DNA of 25,078 nucleotides from a virus (IMGVR_UViG_3300032024_000005:1-25078), one strand, 5' to 3'. Shown: positions 7,865-15,471, numbered from the stretch's first letter. Notes: generated from the letters alone by a model not told the origin. Translations and numbers: made by a program.

Positions 7865-8590
7865 AACTTCACGTTCACCATTGATCAGTACAAGTCTTCA
7901 GCTACGTTTATTACTAACCAGATGAAGCAGGACTCATTCTATATGGGTAAGCTTGTTTCGTCTTTCGTCCCTAAGCAGAACCGTGCTATTCAGGCGGCTA
8001 TGGAAGCCAAAATCCTGAACGTCGGCCCTCTTGCTCAGACTAACGCTGATACCAATGCCATCAACAGTGCATCGCATCGTTGGGTAGGTTCAGGTACGAA
8101 TGAAACAATGGCTCCACAGGACTTTGCGAAGGCGCTTTACGCCCTCCAGAAGGCCAACGTGCCAATGACTAATCTTGTTGCAATCGTAGACCCTAGCGTC
8201 GAGTACGCTTTGAATACGATGACCAACCTCGTCAATATGTCTAACAACCCTCGTTGGGAAGGCATTGTTGGTAGTGGTTTGTCGTCCGGTATGCGGTTCA
8301 TCAAGAACATCTACGGATTTGACGTCTATACTTCGCAGTTCCTTTATACCAATACGGCATCGGAAGCAATTTCCGGCGTAACTGCCGCTGCTGGTGTAAA
8401 CAACTGCTTCTTCTCGGCTGCTGGCGATGCTAAACCCATCGTTGGTGCGATCCGGCAGGCTCCTAATGTTGACTCTGAGTATAACAAGGACTTGCAGCGT
8501 GAAGAGTACGTGACGACTTCTCGGTATGCGTTCAAGTTGTATCGTCCCGAAAACTTTGTTGTCGTCGTAACCGACACCGATCAGGTTTAA
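7865..8590 (+). CDS. Major capsid protein, exon 2 (241 aa; spliced product 316 aa)
   Basis: The frame is open from 7865 (NFTFTIDQYKSSATFITNQMKQDSFY...), in phase with track ORF 7922-8590. HK97-fold-like segments: ALYALQKANVPMTNLVAIVDP, IYGFDVYTS, YAFKLYRPENFVVV. Confidence 0.9.
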   Translation, partial: NFTFTIDQYKSSATFITNQMKQDSFYMGKLVSSFVPKQNRAIQAAMEAKILNVGPLAQTNADTNAINSASHRWVGSGTNETMAPQDFAKALYALQKANVPMTNLVAIVDPSVEYALNTMTNLVNMSNNPRWEGIVGSGLSSGMRFIKNIYGFDVYTSQFLYTNTASEAISGVTAAAGVNNCFFSAAGDAKPIVGAIRQAPNVDSEYNKDLQREEYVTTSRYAFKLYRPENFVVVVTDTDQV

Positions 8591-8601
8591 TGGAGGAATA
8601 A

Positions 8602-9162
8602 ATGACTTGGATGAATAGTGACGGCTTGTACGTCAAATTTGCAAAAGAAGAAAGTGCTTCTGCCCGTGGTGGTGAATACGCACAGACCGATCAAGGTCGG
8701 CATGTGATCGAATTCAACATCGATTGGAAGGATGTACAGTCAACCTCTAACCTGGCACTTGGAAGTGTTGCTACAACCGCGAACCCTGAGACGGGCTCTC
8801 GTGTACGCATTCCAGAGGGCTTTATTCCAGAGTTCCTCGAAGCAACCGCTGCTGTAGCTTTTACAAGCTCTGGCACGATTGGAACGTCTACGATGGTCAT
8901 TGGCTATCTTAAGGCTTCTGATGAAACTGCACTGGATGTTGACATCCTTACCACGACTTCTTTTGTTGGCTCGGTATACGATGCCACCAACGAGAATACA
9001 TTGGTTAAGGTTGGGACGACTGGTGCTGGCGTAGCTTACGGCGTAGCCAATACGGAAAACGCTGTAATCTGTGTTGCTAACTCGCAACATGCTTCGCATC
9101 CGTACACCGCTGGTGTCCTGAAGTGCCGTCTTGTAGGGCGTTTCGGTCTAGCATCGATCTAA
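8602..9162 (+). CDS. Putative capsid decoration or minor head protein (186 aa)
   Basis: Strong SD (GGAGG), directly after the capsid gene. Beta-rich, with WMNSDGLYVKF, RIPEGF and YTAGVLKCRL segments. Confidence 0.6.
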   Translation: MTWMNSDGLYVKFAKEESASARGGEYAQTDQGRHVIEFNIDWKDVQSTSNLALGSVATTANPETGSRVRIPEGFIPEFLEATAAVAFTSSGTIGTSTMVIGYLKASDETALDVDILTTTSFVGSVYDATNENTLVKVGTTGAGVAYGVANTENAVICVANSQHASHPYTAGVLKCRLVGRFGLASI

Positions 9163-9175
9163 GGGAGTAGTATAA

Positions 9176-9823
9176 ATGACTACATCTTTAGATAAATCAC
9201 ACCAGATGGACTTTGCTGGTCTTGCGTTAAAAGCTAAAGACCTCGATCTGTCTGGTTCTCTAAGCCTTGCTGACGGAACAGCTATTACCGTAACAGGTGC
9301 AGAGCTTAATAAGCTCGATGACAGTCTTGAGACTAACATCTTAACCCCTTCTGCTGGTATTACAACCGATGCAGAAGACTATGCTTCAGGTATTATACGT
9401 AACGGTGATCTAATCATTACTCGTATTTACTTTGATCTTACCGGACTAGTTGGTTCAACAACTGACTTGGACATTATTGGTAAGTCAGCGGTTGCATCTA
9501 ATTTTGGCCAGATCACTACGGCCAAGAGTGGATTAATCCGTGGAGGTACTCTACAATGTTTGGAGGTTCCCGCAGGTGGGGCTGACGATGTTGATCTCTA
9601 CTCGGCTACTGTAGGTACGGGTGCAGAAAATGTTGACGTTAGTACGTTGACTGAAACTGCATTGGTAACTGCTGGTGGTGCGTGGACCGCTGGTTTGGTA
9701 AAGCCTTTGACTGGCTACCCAACAGCAAATGACTATCTGTATGTCTGTAATGGTGAGGCTGCTGTGCCCGGCACGTTTACTGCCGGTAAGTTCGTTCTCA
9801 CTCTTTATGGAATGACAGCTTAA
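9176..9823 (+). CDS. Putative virion structural protein (215 aa)
   Basis: SD GGGAG. G/A/T/D-rich and beta-rich; the C-terminal FTAGKFVLTLYG echoes the YTAGVLKCRLVG end of the preceding protein. Confidence 0.55.
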   Translation: MTTSLDKSHQMDFAGLALKAKDLDLSGSLSLADGTAITVTGAELNKLDDSLETNILTPSAGITTDAEDYASGIIRNGDLIITRIYFDLTGLVGSTTDLDIIGKSAVASNFGQITTAKSGLIRGGTLQCLEVPAGGADDVDLYSATVGTGAENVDVSTLTETALVTAGGAWTAGLVKPLTGYPTANDYLYVCNGEAAVPGTFTAGKFVLTLYGMTA

Positions 9824-9829
9824 GACTAA

Positions 9830-9856
9830 GCCCGCCCGTGGGCATTGTTCGCGGGC
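9830..9856 (+). promoter_or_regulatory. GC-rich intergenic stem-loop after the capsid gene block
   Basis: GCCCGC (9830-9835) pairs with GCGGGC (9851-9856). It is followed by ACTAATTT rather than a clean U-tract, so it may be a weak terminator or an mRNA stabiliser. Confidence 0.4.
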
Positions 9857-9877
9857 ACTAATTTAAAGGAGTTATAC

Positions 9878-10369
9878 TTGGCAAACGTAGCACATAGCGG
9901 ACTAACAGCAGCCAACCTACATGAACCTAAGGGCGTAGCAACAGCGTCTGCTAATCAATTGTATTTAGCAGATGGTGCTGCCTCAGGCGCGTGGACTACC
10001 GTACACGGCGGGTTAAACCAATATGTATTTACTGTTCATATGCAGGATGCTAGTTCGGCCACTGCTACGCTGAATTCAACGTATTTAGCCATGCCATTCG
10101 CATGTACGGTTACACAAGTCTACGGTATTTCTTTCGCAGCCATCGCTACGACCGATAACGTCATTACTGTTGCAAATAATGCTGGCTCAAGCATGGGCAC
10201 TATTACAGTAGCCTTCACCGGAGCAGCTATCGGCGATGTGGATACTATTACGGCGATTACAACTAATAACACATTTACAGCAGGGCAGAAGATGAGTCTC
10301 ATATCTAACTCTGGCTCTGCTACTGCCTGTCCGATGACGTTCACTATTATCGTTACGAGGACCGGCTAA
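9878..10369 (+). CDS. Putative tail or fibre-associated structural protein (163 aa)
   Basis: SD AAGGAG precedes TTG 9878, in frame with the track ORF at 9845. N-terminal HSGLTAANLHEPKGVATA...YLADGAASGAW motif and a T/A-rich beta C-terminal domain. Confidence 0.6.
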   Translation: MANVAHSGLTAANLHEPKGVATASANQLYLADGAASGAWTTVHGGLNQYVFTVHMQDASSATATLNSTYLAMPFACTVTQVYGISFAAIATTDNVITVANNAGSSMGTITVAFTGAAIGDVDTITAITTNNTFTAGQKMSLISNSGSATACPMTFTIIVTRTG

Positions 10370-10542
10370 TGCAAACTCTAAACGATGTCTTCAGCCATCC
10401 TTATATAACGACTCCTATAGCTACGGCAGCCGCTATCAATCCATGGATTACAGATGGCCTCCCAGTAGCGCTTCAGGTACTGGGTGTCATCTTTCTTGTA
10501 ATCCAGATATTCTACATCATCAAAAATAAAGGAAAGAAGTAG
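10369..10542 (+). CDS. Small membrane protein, putative holin or antiholin (57 aa)
   Basis: Not in the ORF track. MQTLNDVFSHPYITTPIATAAAINPWITDGLPVALQVLGVIFLVIQIFYIIKNKGKK*: one strong transmembrane segment and a basic tail. Overlaps both neighbours (TAATG, TAGTG). Confidence 0.65.
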   Translation: MQTLNDVFSHPYITTPIATAAAINPWITDGLPVALQVLGVIFLVIQIFYIIKNKGKK

Positions 10543-11255
10543 TGAAAAATTTAATTGCGGTTGTAGCTAGCATTTTCTTCCTTACTAATATCGTAGACGC
10601 TAAGACTCTCCCCGAAATTCACGAATTAGCAAATGATGTTGTTCTTTCCCTAGGAGACAGATCGGGGGACTTCTGCTCTGCTACCGTAATAGACAAAACC
10701 AAAAATTTAGCCTTAACAGCCAATCACTGCACTGAACGCGCCCGGAAGATTGTATACTTCGTAGATTGGACAGATAAGGTTTCAAAGAAGGTAAAATATG
10801 AATACTATCTTCCTCTGAATGTTACTAACCGGAAGATGAAAGAAAATGGTGAAATCTACTTTACCCAGAAATGTGAAGTCACTGTTCTTGGCACCGAGAC
10901 TGCAGCAGATGCCTCTATTTTAAAAATAGAAGATAGATGTCATTTTACTAATGAAGCAAAACTTAGTACAAAGAGCGTTAATTATGGGGACGTCGTCTAT
11001 ACTATGACCAACCCGTTCATGATTTACAACGCTGTCTCTGAGGGGAAGGTAACACAACCACAGGCATATCATGAAAAAATTCCAGCGTCCCCCGTCATTA
11101 TGTTCCAGGGGCAGCTTGCCCCCGGCAGCTCTGGTGGAGCGCTAGTAAATGAAGCTGGTGAACTTATTGGTATTACAAATTGGGGTGTTGGCTCTCTCGC
11201 TTTTGCCTCTCCTGTTTCTAACGTAATCAATTTACTGAATAAATTAAATGTCTAA
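10542..11255 (+). CDS. Trypsin-like (S1/PA clan) serine protease with N-terminal signal peptide (237 aa)
   Basis: Catalytic triad motifs ALTANHC (His), DASILKI (Asp) and APGSSGGALVN (Ser), then GELIGIT. MKNLIAVVASIFFLTNIVDA resembles a Sec signal peptide. No room for a PDZ domain. Confidence 0.88.
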   Translation: MKNLIAVVASIFFLTNIVDAKTLPEIHELANDVVLSLGDRSGDFCSATVIDKTKNLALTANHCTERARKIVYFVDWTDKVSKKVKYEYYLPLNVTNRKMKENGEIYFTQKCEVTVLGTETAADASILKIEDRCHFTNEAKLSTKSVNYGDVVYTMTNPFMIYNAVSEGKVTQPQAYHEKIPASPVIMFQGQLAPGSSGGALVNEAGELIGITNWGVGSLAFASPVSNVINLLNKLNV

Positions 11256-11631
11256 ATTCGGCACTAGGTCATTAAAGAATATGAAGGGGTTGCATCCAGA
11301 CCTTCTAAAGGTTTTGAATGAGGCTATAAAATCCCCTCCGTATGACTTTACTGTTATAGATGGTCTTAGGACAATGGCTGAGCAGAAGAAATTCGTAGCG
11401 CAGGGTAAAAGTAAGACGTTGAGGTCACGTCATCTATCAGGCAAGGCTGTGGACGTAATGTGTTTGATTGATGGCAAGGGGACTTGGGGAGTGGAGGTTT
11501 ATAAGACCTCCGCTAAGCATGTTCTCTCTTGTGCTAAGAAACTAGGTATCGCTTTGGTCTGGGGCGGTTCCTGGAAGAGTTTTCCAGACTATGTGCACTT
11601 TGAACTAGATAAGAAAAGGTATGGATATTAA
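11248..11631 (+). CDS. Endolysin, M15-family Zn peptidase (L-Ala-D-Glu peptidase type, T5 lysin-like; 127 aa)
   Basis: GLRTMAEQ, SRHLSGKAVD (SxHxxxxAxD), WGGSW and DYVHFEL motifs. Confidence 0.92.
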   Translation: MSKFGTRSLKNMKGLHPDLLKVLNEAIKSPPYDFTVIDGLRTMAEQKKFVAQGKSKTLRSRHLSGKAVDVMCLIDGKGTWGVEVYKTSAKHVLSCAKKLGIALVWGGSWKSFPDYVHFELDKKRYGY

Positions 11632-11810
11632 TGTTTGGAATGACTGGTGAACAGGTCTGGGGCGTAGTACGCACTGTGGCCGCTGCCGTTGGTGGTTATT
11701 TTGTTGCCAAGGGCGTTGTAGATGAAGCAACTTTGACCGCTGTTCTCGGCGGTGCTGGTACTGTCTTTATCGCTATTTGGTCTTTTGTATCTAAAAAGAA
11801 GGCTGTCTAA
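11631..11810 (+). CDS. Putative two-transmembrane holin (59 aa)
   Basis: Not in the ORF track. MFGMTGEQVWGVVRTVAAAVGGYFVAKGVVDEATLTAVLGGAGTVFIAIWSFVSKKKAV*: two hydrophobic segments and a basic C-terminus. TAATG overlaps at both ends; adjacent to the endolysin. Confidence 0.75.
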   Translation: MFGMTGEQVWGVVRTVAAAVGGYFVAKGVVDEATLTAVLGGAGTVFIAIWSFVSKKKAV

Positions 11811-12091
11811 TGGATTACGCGCTGTATACTATAGCTGCTGCTGGACTATTTACAGGGGCTTTTCTGGCAGCGCGTTCTTCCTCTTTCTGGATTGATCTAG
11901 GGAAAGACTTAATAAGGCGTTTGTGGCCTATGTTAGTAGCTTACATTCTCAATAACAGGCCGAAGAGCCCTAAAGAGTGGGAAGAATGGCGCAGACTGTC
12001 AACGATGAAACCTAGTGAGTTGTCAGCAAAGGAAAGAACTAGGCTTGCTGAGTTAAAGAAACTGAATGCTGAATATAGGAAGAATAGCTAA
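11810..12091 (+). CDS. Membrane-anchored protein, possible lysis accessory (93 aa)
   Basis: N-terminal hydrophobic helix (ALYTIAAAGLFTGAFLAA), an amphipathic segment (FWIDLGKDLIRRLWPMLVAYIL) and a basic helical C-terminus. No cysteine, so no lipobox. Confidence 0.55.
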   Translation: MDYALYTIAAAGLFTGAFLAARSSSFWIDLGKDLIRRLWPMLVAYILNNRPKSPKEWEEWRRLSTMKPSELSAKERTRLAELKKLNAEYRKNS

Positions 12092-12870
12092 TGGCAATGA
12101 AAAGAACCTTGTTGGAGATGGTCCAGGATATCTTGGTGTCTCTTGACGGTGATGAGGTTACTGCTATTACTGATACTGCTGAGAGCGCTCAGGTCGCAGC
12201 TATTATCCGTCAGTGTTTCTATGAAATAGCGGCTAATGCTAAACTACCTGAGCACTTCGCTTTATTTGAGTTGACAGAAACTTCAGCGTCGTCTCCTACG
12301 ATTATGACTAAGCCCAGTGATGTTATAACCATTGAGTGGATTAAGTATGAAAATGCTTTAACTGCTGACTCCCCGGTAACTGATTACAGAGATGTTACAT
12401 TCTTGGCTCTGGATGATTTCCAGCATCGCCAGCTTACAATGGATAGCACTGCTACTGATATATCGCGTTTCAATTACACAATTGGCAGTGACATCTTTCC
12501 GTTCGTTTACGTCAATACCAGAGCGCCGTTGTTCTATACGACTTACAACGACTCTACTATTGTCTTTGACGCAGTAAACGCAACTGAAGAAACCTATCTC
12601 CGCAAGACTAAGACGATGGTCTATGGTCTGAAAGAAGGCTCATGGACACACTCAGATAGTGCTGTCCCAAACCTAGACCACAAACTACACAACCTTCTCT
12701 TTCAGGAAGCTAAGGCTCAGTGTTTCTCAGAACTGAAACAGGTAGAAAACGCTAGAGCAGAGAAGAAGGCCAGGAGAGGGTGGCAGACTTTGTATAAAGA
12801 AAAGCATGACGTCCAAGGACAAAACGCTTATTGGGACCAGACTAAACTCCCTAATTATGGACGTAGATAG
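12091..12870 (+). CDS. Tail adaptor (tail tubular protein A, T7 gp11-like; 259 aa)
   Basis: N-terminal RTLLEMVQDILVSLDGDEVTAITDTAESAQVAAII is characteristic of podoviral adaptors. Lies upstream of the nozzle. Confidence 0.8.
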   Translation: MAMKRTLLEMVQDILVSLDGDEVTAITDTAESAQVAAIIRQCFYEIAANAKLPEHFALFELTETSASSPTIMTKPSDVITIEWIKYENALTADSPVTDYRDVTFLALDDFQHRQLTMDSTATDISRFNYTIGSDIFPFVYVNTRAPLFYTTYNDSTIVFDAVNATEETYLRKTKTMVYGLKEGSWTHSDSAVPNLDHKLHNLLFQEAKAQCFSELKQVENARAEKKARRGWQTLYKEKHDVQGQNAYWDQTKLPNYGRR

Positions 12871-13007
12871 TGCGTTGGTTTTGGTGTCTTATCAGGGGTT
12901 GTGATATAGAATATGTTGGCAGAACTGAGTGGGATATCGACGATGATTTTTTCCAGTGCAACTCATGTGGTAAGTGCTGGGACCCTAAATCTTATTTAAG
13001 AAGGTAA
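12870..13007 (+). CDS. Small Cys-rich putative zinc-ribbon protein (45 aa)
   Basis: Not in the ORF track. GTG overlaps the upstream TAG. MRWFWCLIRGCDIEYVGRTEWDIDDDFFQCNSCGKCWDPKSYLRR* has CxxxxC and CxxC pairs and fills the intergenic gap. Confidence 0.55.
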   Translation: MRWFWCLIRGCDIEYVGRTEWDIDDDFFQCNSCGKCWDPKSYLRR

Positions 13008-13011
13008 AGTA

Positions 13012-13338
13012 ATGACAACTGCTTTTATGAACTTCGGTCAAACTCTAGGCGAGGGTATTCCCGGTCGTGAGAATGACCGCGACGGCAAGTCTCGTGAGGT
13101 CCACCTTTCAGATGGTATGACCGTGAGGCTTGAGTCAAGAGACCCCTACGGCCACTGGCACATTGTATGGGGCAAGGGATACGCCCCCGCTGAAATCTCC
13201 GGTGCGTATACCGGCCCGGATCAGGCCTTTCGTGCTTTGACGTCTTATTTATCACAATTTAAATACAATACAAAGATAGTAGACGAAAAAGTCACAATTC
13301 CAGAAATCAAATATAAGTCAGTAAAGAAGGTTTCGTAA
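13012..13338 (+). CDS. Hypothetical protein in the tail module (108 aa)
   Basis: SD-like AAGG upstream; contains DPYGHWHI...PAEISGAYT; its stop directly abuts the nozzle start. Confidence 0.7.
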   Translation: MTTAFMNFGQTLGEGIPGRENDRDGKSREVHLSDGMTVRLESRDPYGHWHIVWGKGYAPAEISGAYTGPDQAFRALTSYLSQFKYNTKIVDEKVTIPEIKYKSVKKVS

Positions 13339-15471
13339 TTGGCGCGTTCTGCTGGGACAGTAGTAGAAAACAATTTCGTCAACGGACTTGTTACAGAAGC
13401 AACAGGACTGAACTTTCCTGAGAACGCGTGTACGTCCGCCAGCAACGTAGTCTTTAAAGAGACTGGTGAGGTTACCAGACGGCTGGGCTTTGATTATGAA
13501 ACAGCATATCAGCTGAATAGTATTACACGAAATTCATCTGCTATCGTAGAGTACGAATGGAAGGCAGCTGGCGGTATCGGAGACATTAACTTTGTTGTGC
13601 AGCAAATAGGCGATACTATATATTTCTATAGAGTATCCGCCGAAGACAGTCTTTCGCACGGACTCCATGCTACTACAATCTCATTGAGTACATATACAGT
13701 AGCCGGGGCACCTGCCGCCAGCACAGAGCCGTGCTCGTTTGCCACTGGCAAAGGGTATCTGTTTATAACAAATAAGTACTGTGAACCATTTTATGTATCC
13801 TATAACGCAGCTACTAATGCCTTTACTTCAACAGAGGTAGCAATACAGTGCCGTGACTTCGAGGGCGTAGATGATGCTCTTGACCCCGATGAACAACCAA
13901 CCACCCTAACTGAATTACACGAATACAACCTTCTAAACCAAGGCTGGGACATCTCGCCCGATGATGGCACAGCCTTACCTTTCGCTCAGGCTATAGACAA
14001 CTATTTCAGTGTTGTTGCCGCATACCCCAGCAACTCTCAGCAATGGTGGTTGTACAAGAGTACACAGGGACAGTTCATTCTGTCGAATAATGAACACGCC
14101 CAATTTGGTATAGGTAACAGTCTAGCACCGAAGGGGCACTACGTGCTGAATTGGTTTAATACTGATCGTAGTGGCGTTTCTTCACGGATTACTTCTGTAA
14201 CAGAACGGAGCGCTGGCTACAGAAGACCTTCAGTATGCGCTTTCTTTGCTGGTAGAGTTTGGTACGCTGGTGTAGAGTCCTCTGCCTATTTGGGTGAAAT
14301 TTACTATACTCAGATCATCGAGCGGGATGACCAGCTGGGTAAATGTTACCAGTCAAACGACCCCACGTCTGAAGAGCTATCAGACCTTCTGGATACCGAT
14401 GGTGGTATCGCCCGTGTCTTGGACATGGGCACTGTGTTCCGTATGTTCGCTACGCAAAAAGCGCTAATCATCTTCGCAAGCAATGGTATATGGAGTATTT
14501 CAGGAAGCGACGTAGCCTCTTTTAAAGCCACGGATTATACTATAAAAAAGATAAGTAACACCGCAGTGACCTCAGGACTTTCGTTTGTAGATGTTCTTGG
14601 TTCTCCGTTGTTCTGGACTGAGGATGGCATTTGGGCTGTCGCGTATGAAGGTGGTGATTTCACTCTTGTGTCTGTTTCTGACAAAAGAATTAAACAATAC
14701 TTTAAAGACATCCCAAGAGAGAGCAAAAAGTGGGCAAAAGGAGCTTATAATACTGTAGATAAAACAGTCCAATGGATTTATAGTTCATCCAAACCCAGTA
14801 CAGTTGACAGCCAGTATACTTATGACTCTGTGTTAGTTTTGAATACCACAACCGGGTCATTCTACCCTTGGACGATATACTCAGCTACTAAAACAGTAAA
14901 TGGAATTATATCTTCTCTAGGGCCTGCCTATGGCGCATTTGATACGGTAATAGATGCTTCAGGCAATACCGTAATAGATGCTTCAGGCAATACAGTCGTA
15001 GTAATTTCTGAGGCGGATACTAGCTCATTCAGATACTTCGTAACAAAGAATGTCTCAGGAACTACTTACAATAGTACATGGGCGGTTAGCGGGGATACGC
15101 GGTATTTGGACTGGGTTTCAGACGCAGAAAGTTATGACTATACCAGTCTTTTTATATCCGGGTACAGGGTTCATGCTGATGGCAATCGTTTGTACCAGGC
15201 TAATTATGTGACATTTTATTTGAAAGACGACACAGGGTCATCGGCCTTTGTACAGGGGCTTTGGGATTACTCTAATAATACTTTGAGTAAGAAATGGACC
15301 ACAGCCCAGCAGATTTATAACTCAACACCTACGTATAGGGACTACCGGGTACGAAAGATAAAGATACGAGGCTGGGGGCTGTCCTGCCAGTTCAAGATTT
15401 ACTCAGCGACCGGAGTTCCTTTTAGCGTAGTCGGATGGAGTGCATTTGAAACAGCCAACCCTCTCCCTTAG
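13339..15471 (+). CDS. Tail nozzle (tail tubular protein B, T7 gp12 / P22 gp10-like; 710 aa)
   Basis: TTG start. N-terminal NNFVNGLVTE, propeller-like repeats (CAFFAGRVWYAG, LIIFASNGIWSI) and C-terminal KIRGWGLSCQFKI...PFSVVGWS fit a podoviral nozzle. Confidence 0.82.
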   Translation: MARSAGTVVENNFVNGLVTEATGLNFPENACTSASNVVFKETGEVTRRLGFDYETAYQLNSITRNSSAIVEYEWKAAGGIGDINFVVQQIGDTIYFYRVSAEDSLSHGLHATTISLSTYTVAGAPAASTEPCSFATGKGYLFITNKYCEPFYVSYNAATNAFTSTEVAIQCRDFEGVDDALDPDEQPTTLTELHEYNLLNQGWDISPDDGTALPFAQAIDNYFSVVAAYPSNSQQWWLYKSTQGQFILSNNEHAQFGIGNSLAPKGHYVLNWFNTDRSGVSSRITSVTERSAGYRRPSVCAFFAGRVWYAGVESSAYLGEIYYTQIIERDDQLGKCYQSNDPTSEELSDLLDTDGGIARVLDMGTVFRMFATQKALIIFASNGIWSISGSDVASFKATDYTIKKISNTAVTSGLSFVDVLGSPLFWTEDGIWAVAYEGGDFTLVSVSDKRIKQYFKDIPRESKKWAKGAYNTVDKTVQWIYSSSKPSTVDSQYTYDSVLVLNTTTGSFYPWTIYSATKTVNGIISSLGPAYGAFDTVIDASGNTVIDASGNTVVVISEADTSSFRYFVTKNVSGTTYNSTWAVSGDTRYLDWVSDAESYDYTSLFISGYRVHADGNRLYQANYVTFYLKDDTGSSAFVQGLWDYSNNTLSKKWTTAQQIYNSTPTYRDYRVRKIKIRGWGLSCQFKIYSATGVPFSVVGWSAFETANPLP
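14942..14996 (+). repeat. In-frame 24-bp tandem repeat (2.3 copies; TVIDASGN x2)
   Basis: GTAATAGATGCTTCAGGCAATAC occurs identically at 14947-14969 and 14971-14993. Confidence 0.92.

Noticed and set aside
7235-7921. Capsid gene break read as a pseudogene, assembly error or TGA recoding
   Set aside because: The insert has a full group I core and guide pairing, and its removal restores the frame exactly. Other genes are long and intact under the standard bacterial code, with all three stop codons in use.
7922-8590. Independent 222-aa gene starting at ATG 7922
   Set aside because: The frame is open back to the 3' splice site at 7865 and there is no clear SD, so it is exon 2 of the capsid gene.
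8582-8604. T7 10A/10B-style -1 frameshift (GGTTTAA) fusing the capsid to the next protein
   Set aside because: The -1 frame hits TAA at 8599-8601 just before the next ATG, and the other frames also stop within a few codons.
10542-11255. Prohead maturation protease
   Set aside because: It has a signal-peptide-like N-terminus, lies outside the portal-scaffold-capsid block, and a separate scaffold gene is present.
11631-11642. Lambda S-type dual-start motif in the holin (Met-Phe-Gly-Met)
   Set aside because: The extension lacks the positively charged residue that defines the S107 antiholin, so support is insufficient.
14942-14996. CRISPR-like array
   Set aside because: Only two abutting copies with no spacers, in frame within a gene. 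I noticed no CRISPR array, tRNA or rRNA anywhere in the window.
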